Below are positions 46,689-54,152 of a DNA stretch of 64,000 nt, one piece after another. Under the pieces are notes generated by a model, which did not search any database, had not been told where the DNA came from, and worked only from the letters and a program-made list of their open reading frames with translations. The position numbers were made by a program, and so were the translations under genes. Origin of the DNA: a candidate division WOR-1 bacterium RIFOXYB2_FULL_45_9 (GTDB lineage Bacteria; Margulisbacteria; WOR-1; O2-12-FULL-45-9; XYB2-FULL-48-7); the NCBI GenBank assembly GCA_001771575.1, contig MEUD01000001.1, forward strand, positions 768,815-832,814, given 5' to 3'. How positions within the stretch are numbered: the stretch's first letter is position 1; every line of letters begins with the position of its first letter.

Positions 46689-47087
46689 TTATTCCCCTTC
46701 TCGACACCTTGATGCCTTAATGCCTAGATGCCTCTCCCCTAAGGCCCTAATCAAAGCCGCCAGCATTCTTTCAATCTCATTTTGCTTCTCGAATAAATCA
46801 TTAAACTTAGCTTGATTAAGATATTCTAGGTCTTTGGCCAACAACAATTGCGTTTCAAGTTCAGCTCCAGACGCGTAAGCAATTTTAAGGAACTGAATAT
46901 ATTGCCCCAAATACCTACGACCATACCCTTCCGCGATATTAAAAGGAATGGAAGCCGCCGCTCGCCTAATTTGTGATGTTAACCCATATTTCTCATCAGT
47001 CGGAAATTCTTTTGTTTCTTTATACACATCAAGCGTCAACACATATGACTTTTGCCATACCACTAGATCTTTGAAGGTTTTTATCAT
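46689..47087 (-). CDS. four-helix-bundle protein (23S rRNA intervening-sequence protein family)
   Basis: 132 aa. FKDLVVWQKSYVLTLDVYKETKEFPTDEKYGLTSQIRRAAASIPFNIAEGYGR...FLKIAYASGAELETQL matches the family signature closely. Confidence 0.85.
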   Translation of the reverse strand: MIKTFKDLVVWQKSYVLTLDVYKETKEFPTDEKYGLTSQIRRAAASIPFNIAEGYGRRYLGQYIQFLKIAYASGAELETQLLLAKDLEYLNQAKFNDLFEKQNEIERMLAALIRALGERHLGIKASRCREGE

Positions 47088-47125
47088 CGTTCTCTTTTCA
47101 CCTCAATCCCTCGATTCCTCGATCC

Positions 47126-47139
47126 CTTGATTCCTTTCC
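47126..47139. repeat. right arm of the 14-bp inverted repeat flanking the four-helix-bundle gene
   Basis: CTTGATTCCTTTCC is the exact reverse complement of 46648-46661. It is preceded by tandem CCTCAATC/CCTCGATTC/CTCGATC/CCTTGATTCC units (47101-47134). Confidence 0.75.
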
Positions 47140-47223
47140 TCACTAAACCAATCCGTTTGAAAGATGCTTCTCTATTGGGGACCCGGGTAAACCCAGGCCC
47201 CCAACGTAAAAACTACCTAAAAA

Positions 47224-47892
47224 TTATAAATAGTAATTTATCCCAACCCCAATTTGCGAATTACTATACGCTGGCAGCCAACTCGCCGAAACCGTGTTGC
47301 TGGTTAATTCCACAAGAATCGAACTGTTTGGTAGCCAGGCATAAGACCCTCCAACTGTCACGCCAAGCTGGGTTGATGGCTCACTGCCGCCTGAATAATA
47401 GTTGCAATATCCGAAACCCACATATGGAGTAAAAGCGGAAAGCTTCTTGCTGATCTCAACCGCCGCCAAATATTGCGAAACAATGTTATTGGCAGTTACC
47501 GAAAATGAAGTGGCTGAAAAATTCATTGATTTATATCCAAGTCGGCCGGCGACCGAAATTGATGAATTGGCCCCTTCTTCCAAAAATTGGTAATTTGTCA
47601 CTAAACCGATTGTGGCTACTGACATTGCGACACCGGTTGGCAAATTCCCCACATTTGAGGAAGCGGCAGTGAAATAAAGGTCCAGCTTGTCGGTCAATCC
47701 ATAGCCGATATTTCCTCCCCAAGTCGACATATTCATATCATCTGAACCAATAGTTCCAACTTTTGAATCTTTGACATAATTCCCACTAACCGCAAATTTC
47801 CCTTGTCCAATCGGATCCCCGGTCGACATGATCTCCGCGGAAGCAATAGAGGCTATTAATACGATTAGCATTAAACTTGAAACAATTTTCAT
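47224..47892 (-). CDS. small outer-membrane beta-barrel protein
   Basis: 222 aa. Signal peptide (IASIASA|E), alternating amphipathic strands, C-terminal GVGINYYL. Confidence 0.55.
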   Translation of the reverse strand: MKIVSSLMLIVLIASIASAEIMSTGDPIGQGKFAVSGNYVKDSKVGTIGSDDMNMSTWGGNIGYGLTDKLDLYFTAASSNVGNLPTGVAMSVATIGLVTNYQFLEEGANSSISVAGRLGYKSMNFSATSFSVTANNIVSQYLAAVEISKKLSAFTPYVGFGYCNYYSGGSEPSTQLGVTVGGSYAWLPNSSILVELTSNTVSASWLPAYSNSQIGVGINYYL

Positions 47893-47964
47893 TTTATTTT
47901 CCTCCTAAATTTTATTTGAAACTGTTTTTTCTCTTTTTATTAGTTGATCACCTCCTTAAGCCAC

Positions 47965-48744
47965 TTAAATATTTTTTAACCGGTACCGGAAATTAACCGC
48001 TATTGAGAAGAAAGAGGTGGTTTGCGATTTGTAGTAATCGTCAACTATTTCAAATTGCCAGGGCTCGTCATTATTGGCAGGGCCAAACCCAGCCAAGGTG
48101 CGCCAACCGGTCGCCATCCCCCCCGACATTGAAGAAAAATACGCGCCAACACCAAAGCCGAAATATCTTCCGTCATCTAAGCTGAATATCAGATCGTTGG
48201 TCACCGGCAGAACACCACACCTTGTCCCAAATAGGTAACCGACCGAAACTCTTGATTTTAGAGAAAACAACTGGTAGTCATGACTAAAACCGACCTGCAC
48301 GCCGGAGTTTGACCCGTAATTATAATAGGTGTTTTCATCATGATAACTAATGGCAGAATAGCCAAGTTGCCATCCCCAACCAGGCGAGGATTGGAGCGCG
48401 TTTGGTCGCGCAATTTCCTCGACAATAGCCTCCTGGGATGGTTCAATCTCCTGATTTTTAGCAATTGACACCCACAAAACGGCTTCTTCGCTTACCTTCA
48501 CTTCGATCATTTGAGAAAATATTTGCTGGTCAGCGCTATTCGCGGTTACCAGGTGCCGGCCGGCCTGAACTTTGGGCAAAGAAACCGGCGTCGCGCCAAC
48601 ATCGACCATATCCAAAGAGACCGGGATCGAGCCTGATTCTGAAGTGATAATTAATGAACCGTAGCCATTTGCCGCCAGGGTCGAAGAAGCCAAGAAAGCC
48701 AGAAAGCCAAGGATTAATACTTTTTTACTCAATTGAAATATCAT
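47965..48744 (-). CDS. PEGA-like domain protein with C-terminal beta-barrel region
   Basis: Start chosen at ATG 48744 (MIFQLSKKVLILGFLAFLASSTLA, a signal peptide, GAGGGGG RBS), overlapping the upstream gene by 20 nt. GSLIITSESGSIPVSLDMVDVGATPVSLPKVQAGRHLV resembles PEGA. The track version (to 48918) adds an implausible N-terminus. Confidence 0.55.
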   Translation of the reverse strand: MIFQLSKKVLILGFLAFLASSTLAANGYGSLIITSESGSIPVSLDMVDVGATPVSLPKVQAGRHLVTANSADQQIFSQMIEVKVSEEAVLWVSIAKNQEIEPSQEAIVEEIARPNALQSSPGWGWQLGYSAISYHDENTYYNYGSNSGVQVGFSHDYQLFSLKSRVSVGYLFGTRCGVLPVTNDLIFSLDDGRYFGFGVGAYFSSMSGGMATGWRTLAGFGPANNDEPWQFEIVDDYYKSQTTSFFSIAVNFRYRLKNI

Positions 48745-49999
48745 CGATATATACCCCCTCATAATCAACACTTGAATCGGTCGCGTACCTAAACCTAATA
48801 AAAATTGCTCTACCAGCGTAGGCGTCCAACGACAGCTCCTTTCTTGCCCAGCTCGAATTACTACCGTTATAACTGGCCAAAGACGTCCAGGTTGCTCCGT
48901 CAAGCGACGCCTGGACATAAAGGTAATCGTACGAGGATTCGGTTTCGTAATAAGTCTGAAAAACTAAATGTTTGCCGCTGGTAATCATCACCGGTGAAAC
49001 CATGGTTAAAATGTTGTTTAAATTGTTTCCCCGGCCGGAATAAAAGCTATGCGTACCGTTTGCCGCCCTGGCCATGGAGATAGAAAAGCCATTGGCCAGC
49101 CATTTCTCGGCCCCCGACTCGGCATCGTCGCTGAAACTACTCTCCGCTGACGGAGAAACTGATGTCGGGCCAGGCGAGGGCGCGGCCCCGATATCGTAAA
49201 ACCTGGTTTCATTGATGGCGGTTTGGAAGACATAATCAAAAGTGATTTCTGAATTATTAAGCTCAACGATCTTGAATTTGCCGAAATACCGGCTGCCGGC
49301 AACGAACAACGCAAAACAATAAATATCACCGGCTTTGACAAGTGGGTAGGACCTCCACTGGTTTTCCTTAGTATTGCCGGCGCTGTAATAATCGCCGGTG
49401 TATTTTTCGCAGACCTGATCAAGCCCGGTAATCTGCCCGTCAAGAGCGGTTAAATTGACGAAACCGCCGTCAAAATCGTAGGTGGTCCCGCCGTTATGAT
49501 CGCCATAAAACACCAGCGATTCGCCGTAATACGAAGACTGATGGATATAATCAAGGTCACCGTAATATTGGTCCCTTACAGAGCCGCTTAAAAAATCAAA
49601 GCTTTTCCCCACCGGCAAAGTCACCTGACCGGAATGGAGAGTCGTTTCCGTTGCTACCGCATCTACCTGGACGGTAACTTTGGCGTGAGCGTCCAGCCGG
49701 CCGTTGCCGACATAAATATCAATATCCTGCGAGCCGCAGTCCGCCGACGCCTGAACGACAGCCGCCGCGCCGCTGGCGTAAAGATGGCTGGCCCCATTGC
49801 CAACCTTGTAGCTTAAAATGTTCCCCTGGCTATCGCTTGCTCTTAAAGCTACTTTGACGTAACCGCCCGGAGCGACTGCCTCCGGGGAAACAACAACCCC
49901 TTGAATCGTCGGAGCAGTCATGTCGCCGGCGGTCGTTGTGCCGCAGCCGACTATCACCAGCGGAATTAGGAGCAGAAGAGAATAAACTAGTTTTTTCAT
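48725..49999 (-). CDS. lipoprotein with Ig-like N-domain and C-terminal MAM/choice-of-anchor-J-like domain
   Basis: 424 aa. Lipobox LVIVGC. C-terminal ...SWARKELSLDAYAGRAIFIRFRYATDSSVDYEGVYIDDISIE resembles jelly-roll anchor-J/MAM ends. Confidence 0.5.
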   Translation of the reverse strand: MKKLVYSLLLLIPLVIVGCGTTTAGDMTAPTIQGVVVSPEAVAPGGYVKVALRASDSQGNILSYKVGNGASHLYASGAAAVVQASADCGSQDIDIYVGNGRLDAHAKVTVQVDAVATETTLHSGQVTLPVGKSFDFLSGSVRDQYYGDLDYIHQSSYYGESLVFYGDHNGGTTYDFDGGFVNLTALDGQITGLDQVCEKYTGDYYSAGNTKENQWRSYPLVKAGDIYCFALFVAGSRYFGKFKIVELNNSEITFDYVFQTAINETRFYDIGAAPSPGPTSVSPSAESSFSDDAESGAEKWLANGFSISMARAANGTHSFYSGRGNNLNNILTMVSPVMITSGKHLVFQTYYETESSYDYLYVQASLDGATWTSLASYNGSNSSWARKELSLDAYAGRAIFIRFRYATDSSVDYEGVYIDDISIE

Positions 50000-51870
50000 T
50001 AGAATTTCACCCCCGTGCTGAATTTAATCCGCGCGTCCTTGTAGCCAGTGAGCAATGTCCTGCTTTGAGAGCCGGCGGCAAAATCAGGGTAAACAACGAC
50101 ATTGCCTTCCCGCAAGACTTCATATTCTCCCGCCAGGTCAAAAGTCAGCGAACCAAACGCTAAACCGACTCCGGCGCTATATAGGTTTGTCCTGAAGTTA
50201 TAGCCGTTCGGATAATTGGGATCGTCTGCGAGATTGGGCAAACGGATAAAGCGGCCACCCGTACCAAGGCGTAAAGAGATGTTATCGGTCAGCATGTACT
50301 CTGTTCCATATTTTACGTCGTAAATCGAGGAAGCGTAATAATTAAGTAAATCAATGTTTACAACCAGGCGGTCAAGCGGCTTATAAGAAAGCCCCAAACC
50401 TAAATTCTCCGGATCGTGAAACGAGAAATCCTGTTCGGTTGGATTGGCTGAATTAGCCAGGCGGCCATTGATAGTAGCCGGTATTTCCAGTCTGGCGCCC
50501 AAACCTAAAGACTCGGTCGGCCGAGTCAGGATCCCAACCTGACCGCCAATGCCGCCACCGCGGAATTCACAACTGCTCCCATTGTTATGCAAGCCAACCC
50601 AGCGATCACTATAAGTAACTCCCATCCCAAAAAGAATTTTGGGCAGAACTGCGGCGCCGGCATAAAGACTAAGATTTATCCCGCCGTTATCGTATTGAAA
50701 AAAACTATTGTTTATCCTTAAATTGCCAACATTAAGATTGAGGCCCAAGCCTCCCCGTTCGGTTGGGACAACAATACTAAAATCGCTGGGACAAGCCGGG
50801 TTTTCAACATAACTGTTGTATATATCTTTTACGTTGTAAGAAAGGCCGGCGTTCGGCATGGTTATGTTGGCACTGCTGTATTGCGCGCTCCAATTAAGCG
50901 ACATCGCTGTTTCTGTTATCTGGCCAAGACCGGCGGCATTGTATTTAATCGATTCCGGACCAACCGCCTCCCCGATAAAGGCGTCTCCCATTCCCAGAGG
51001 TCTTGTTTTTTCTTTAGGTAGGCGTCGCGCCCGCTCAAGAAGAGGCATGGTTTCCATGGGTAGAACTTCAACCAGATCTCCATTCCTGACGGGATCAAAA
51101 GTCTGGGTAGTGATAATTCGACACACCGCTGAATCATTGGCGGTTTCAACCACTTCAAGTTCGCCATATTTTACCTTCTCGTCAAGTAAGGGTTCTGTAT
51201 GAAAAAGTTCTAAAATATCACCGTTAGCCACGCCTGACTTTTTACCAAGATCAATATAAATCAGATTATCCTCTTGGTCTAATACCTGTCCCTTAACCCG
51301 GCAATTTCGAAGTATCGTTAAATATATCTCTTGTATTGATTGTTCAATATTGCCTGGATCGGTAAGATTTTCCTGGGCAATTATCTTTTGTTTCGCAGTC
51401 TCGATCGCGGTCAAAGAAATCTGGTAACTGCTAACTTTCACGGTATAGGCCTTATCGCTTGACCCGTTCATCAATAATAACGGGGGAAAGAAAAAGCCAT
51501 ACATCCAACCATAACCCAGATTGCTATCCCCGCTCTTGCGTTTAACAACCTCTTTCTCTTTTCTATCAACTTTACAAATAACGATCGCCCGCAGGTCCAG
51601 TAATTCGGCTATTTGGGAATAATTATAGTTTCCACCCTCTAATATGGAGGGAAAACCGGCTTTTTTCTGGGCAGCGAACAATTCTTCTTTCTGGTAGACA
51701 TTAAACCGGCCGCTATCAACCAGCTTCCGCGTTAGCTTATTAGCAATGGTCTCGCTCACTTGTTGGTCATTAAAGGATTGGCCCAACACCAGAATCGCAG
51801 GCTTATCATCAGCAAACGAAACGTTTATTGTGACTACTGCGATACAAAGTATTAAAAATATTTTTTTCAT
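49999..51870 (-). CDS. fusion protein: CsgG/LpoB/FlgO-like periplasmic N-domain, beta-sandwich, PorV-like C-terminal beta-barrel
   Basis: 623 aa. Signal peptide (NVSFA|DD). ILVLGQSFNDQQVSETIANKLTRKLVDSGRFNVYQKEEL resembles CsgG/LpoB N-domains. RPLGMGDAFIGEAVGPESIKYNAAGLG repeats the PorV-like signature. C-terminal KFSTGVKF. Confidence 0.55.
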   Translation of the reverse strand: MKKIFLILCIAVVTINVSFADDKPAILVLGQSFNDQQVSETIANKLTRKLVDSGRFNVYQKEELFAAQKKAGFPSILEGGNYNYSQIAELLDLRAIVICKVDRKEKEVVKRKSGDSNLGYGWMYGFFFPPLLLMNGSSDKAYTVKVSSYQISLTAIETAKQKIIAQENLTDPGNIEQSIQEIYLTILRNCRVKGQVLDQEDNLIYIDLGKKSGVANGDILELFHTEPLLDEKVKYGELEVVETANDSAVCRIITTQTFDPVRNGDLVEVLPMETMPLLERARRLPKEKTRPLGMGDAFIGEAVGPESIKYNAAGLGQITETAMSLNWSAQYSSANITMPNAGLSYNVKDIYNSYVENPACPSDFSIVVPTERGGLGLNLNVGNLRINNSFFQYDNGGINLSLYAGAAVLPKILFGMGVTYSDRWVGLHNNGSSCEFRGGGIGGQVGILTRPTESLGLGARLEIPATINGRLANSANPTEQDFSFHDPENLGLGLSYKPLDRLVVNIDLLNYYASSIYDVKYGTEYMLTDNISLRLGTGGRFIRLPNLADDPNYPNGYNFRTNLYSAGVGLAFGSLTFDLAGEYEVLREGNVVVYPDFAAGSQSRTLLTGYKDARIKFSTGVKF

Positions 51871-51981
51871 CTCTTCCTCCTTTTTGGATTCAGGAGAAAT
51901 TAAGCAATCTTATTGCCAGGAGGTTTTGTGATTAATTAGAGAAAATAGAGGAATTTTCGACAGTTAACTGGCGATATTTCG

Positions 51982-52326
51982 TCAGATCACTTCAACATGA
52001 TCTATATAGAAGAGTTTTTCGGTCTCCAGCTTATTGAGACCGCCGCAAGAGAGGCATTTTTCCTGGAGCTTTTCCCGGCCATTAAATAAATTGACCTTGC
52101 CGCAAACCGTGCAGACTAGTTTGGCCGGCTTGATCGAAAAGTTAAGCTCCGCTCCGGCCGCTTTCCCCCCCTTGCTTAACTCGGCAAAATAGAGATCAAG
52201 CGACTCTTTTTCGATCCCGGAGAGGGCCCCGACCACTAAATTGATCTTCTTGACCAGGAGGGTTTCCGGAGGGATGGACTTGAGGACCAATCCGAGGATC
52301 GCTTCGGCTACGGTCGCTTCGTGCAT
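51982..52326 (-). CDS. hypA: nickel-insertion metallochaperone HypA
   Basis: 114 aa. N-terminal MHE nickel motif and CTVCG ... CLSCGG zinc site. Confidence 0.85.
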   Translation of the reverse strand: MHEATVAEAILGLVLKSIPPETLLVKKINLVVGALSGIEKESLDLYFAELSKGGKAAGAELNFSIKPAKLVCTVCGKVNLFNGREKLQEKCLSCGGLNKLETEKLFYIDHVEVI

Positions 52327-52709
52327 ATCGCCACGATCCTGGGGAGGCTCCCCTTTGGAAAAAACTGATCGATAAGACGGACCAAGCCAAAACTGGCCAT
52401 TAACAACACGACCGCCCCAACAATCCCGCCGGCTTCGCCAAAATATAACTGTCCCAAATAATAGCCGAGGAAAAAGAGAAACAGGGGCAAACCAAAAACC
52501 ACCAGGGCGGCCCGGGCAAACGACCGGTCTGAAAATTCAACTTCCACCTCTTCCCCTATCTTCCCCCCCGCCTGGTTAAAGACTGTCGCGATCATCTTCC
52601 CATCAGCCATCGCCTTGCAAGCGGTACAACTGCCGCAAGCCGGGTTCCGCTGGAAAATTATTTCCGCCAGCTCGCCGTCAATTTTAGTAACTTTGCCGAT
52701 TTCGATCAT
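52308..52709 (-). CDS. RseC/MucC-family (SoxR-reducing system) membrane protein
   Basis: 133 aa. GKVTKIDGELAEIIFQRNPACGSCTACKAMADG followed by two TM helices. Confidence 0.7.
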   Translation of the reverse strand: MIEIGKVTKIDGELAEIIFQRNPACGSCTACKAMADGKMIATVFNQAGGKIGEEVEVEFSDRSFARAALVVFGLPLFLFFLGYYLGQLYFGEAGGIVGAVVLLMASFGLVRLIDQFFPKGSLPRIVAICTKRP

Positions 52710-52986
52710 TTACCACCTTGTTCGCGCTAATTACGGCGTTGCCGACTGAAACGACAGCCCCTATGATCCCGATCGCGTCCCAATGGACCGGCTGGCCGGC
52801 AAAGAGCAAGCGGTCGCCAAAATATGCCCAAAAAGTGACAAAAGGAGCGGTCTGCCAAAAGGTTATATCAAACTCGGTAAGAAAGTTGGCCGGCTTGGCT
52901 TCGGCGCTCACCAGCGCTTCTCCTGTCACCGCGCTAACCGGCGACAAAAGCGACAAGACCAGCAAAAGAGAAACAACCGCTTTCAT
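52684..52986 (-). CDS. hypothetical small exported/membrane protein
   Basis: 100 aa. Signal peptide (LSPVSA|VT) and one more hydrophobic helix. No family recognised. Confidence 0.4.
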   Translation of the reverse strand: MKAVVSLLLVLSLLSPVSAVTGEALVSAEAKPANFLTEFDITFWQTAPFVTFWAYFGDRLLFAGQPVHWDAIGIIGAVVSVGNAVISANKVVNDRNRQSY

Positions 52987-53034
52987 GAATAAATTATAAC
53001 ACGATCTCTCTTGAAAGCCGTGCTTGTCTGCCTC

Positions 53035-53060
53035 TAACCGCGCAATTAATTGCGCGGTTA
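53035..53060. repeat. palindromic intergenic element, copy 4 (perfect 26-bp palindrome)
   Basis: TAACCGCGCAATT|AATTGCGCGGTTA, 33 nt upstream of the panD -35. Confidence 0.75.
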
Positions 53061-53092
53061 ATCCCGGTCTCCCGCTGGTAGGTGAGGATTCC

Positions 53093-53121
53093 TTGAATTA
53101 TCAGGCTTTTTTCGATATACT
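53093..53121 (+). promoter_or_regulatory. panD promoter
   Basis: TTGAAT (53093-53098), 17 nt, TATACT (53116-53121). ATG at 53132. Confidence 0.5.
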
Positions 53122-53131
53122 AAGTTCGCGC

Positions 53132-53473
53132 ATGTTAATTACCGTTTTGAAATCAAAAATCCATATGGCGACCGTAACCGACACCCTGCCGAATTACGAC
53201 GGGAGCATCGCCATCGACAAACAATTGATCGAAGCCTCCGGCCTGATCCCGGGAGAAAAAGTCCACGTCCTCAACTTTGACAACAGCCATCGTTTTGAGA
53301 CCTACGTGATTGAAGGAGAGCCGGGAGAAATTTCCCTGCGCGGCCCGGCCGCCAAGCTTGGCCAAAAAGGGGAAAAAGTCGTCATTATCGCCTACGCCCT
53401 GGCGACGCCGGAAGAAGCAAAAGCCTTAAAGGCTAAAATAGTAAAAGTGAATGGGAGGAATGAAGTAAAATGA
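53132..53473 (+). CDS. panD: aspartate 1-decarboxylase (pyruvoyl-dependent)
   Basis: MLITVLKSKIHMATVT...NYDGSIAID (Gly-Ser self-cleavage site). 113 aa from ATG 53132. The track ORF starts at TTG 53024. Confidence 0.9.
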   Translation: MLITVLKSKIHMATVTDTLPNYDGSIAIDKQLIEASGLIPGEKVHVLNFDNSHRFETYVIEGEPGEISLRGPAAKLGQKGEKVVIIAYALATPEEAKALKAKIVKVNGRNEVK

Positions 53474-54150
53474 AAAAGTTAATCGTCTCTTTGGCCCTGG
53501 TCTGCGCCGTTTCCTGGTTTGCCGGTTCCGTTTCCGCGATGGGTGGCCCCGCTCCGGAAGACAAATACAAACTGGAGATCCTCAAGGTCGAGATCATCAG
53601 CGCTGAAGCGACCACAGAAGCCGAGGTCCCTTCGGTCGCCGGAAAAAAGGTCCTCCTGGTCGTTGCCCCGACCAAGTTTGATGATAAAGAATTTGCCGCG
53701 GTAAAAAAATCTTTTGAAGAGGCCGGCCTCGAAATTACCGTTTCTGCCACCAGTAAAACCGCTTACGGCGCATTCGGCGCCAGAGCCAATTGCGACCTCC
53801 TGCTCCAGAAAGCCAATGCCGCCGACTACGACGCGATAGTCTTCATCGGCGGGCCGGGCGTAACCGCCTATAACCGGAGTGAAACGGCAACCGGCGTCAT
53901 CGCCAAAGCGGTCAAGGAAGGCAAAGTTATCGGCGGCCTCTCGCTCGCCCCGATCACCCTGGTCAACGGCGGAGCGCTGGTAAAAGGGAAAAAAGCGGCG
54001 GTCTCGCCTTACGGCAAACGGGCGCTCAAGGGGGTTGGGGTTATCTGCACTGGCCAACCAGTTGAAACAGACGGCAAAGTCGTCACCGGGAGCGGCCCGG
54101 AAGCGGCTGGGGACTTCGCCCAGGCGGTCATCGAAGCTCTGCGGCAATAA
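53470..54150 (+). CDS. exported DJ-1/PfpI-fold protein with Ser at the nucleophile position
   Basis: 226 aa. Signal peptide (AGSVSA|MG). YDAIVFIGGPG and KVIGGLSLAPITL, where canonical members have aaiChgP. Confidence 0.7.
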   Translation: MKKLIVSLALVCAVSWFAGSVSAMGGPAPEDKYKLEILKVEIISAEATTEAEVPSVAGKKVLLVVAPTKFDDKEFAAVKKSFEEAGLEITVSATSKTAYGAFGARANCDLLLQKANAADYDAIVFIGGPGVTAYNRSETATGVIAKAVKEGKVIGGLSLAPITLVNGGALVKGKKAAVSPYGKRALKGVGVICTGQPVETDGKVVTGSGPEAAGDFAQAVIEALRQ

Positions 54151-54152
54151 TC

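Noticed and set aside
46640-47140. Short tandem 9-10-nt units around the four-helix-bundle gene as a possible CRISPR array or rRNA intervening sequence
   Set aside because: The units are degenerate, contiguous and spacerless, so this is not a CRISPR array. No rRNA sequence flanks the cassette, so it is not an actual 23S IVS. It is reported instead as an inverted-repeat cassette.
48745-48918. N-terminal extension of the PEGA-barrel ORF (MSRRRLTEQPGRLW...)
   Set aside because: It would overlap the preceding lipoprotein gene by 194 nt and put about 58 non-signal residues in front of an obvious signal peptide. The ATG at 48744 with a GAGGGGG RBS is preferred.
31350-51870. Calling the envelope cluster a mobile genomic island
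   Set aside because: No integrase, transposase, tRNA junction or flanking direct repeats are present, and the hypB junction has zero spacer. Only the compositional mosaic and the split hypA/hypB hint at acquisition, so it is not annotated as a mobile_element.
53479-54147. 222-aa minus-strand ORF
   Set aside because: Antisense shadow of the DJ-1-like gene. The plus-strand product has a signal peptide and family motifs, and the minus-strand product has none.
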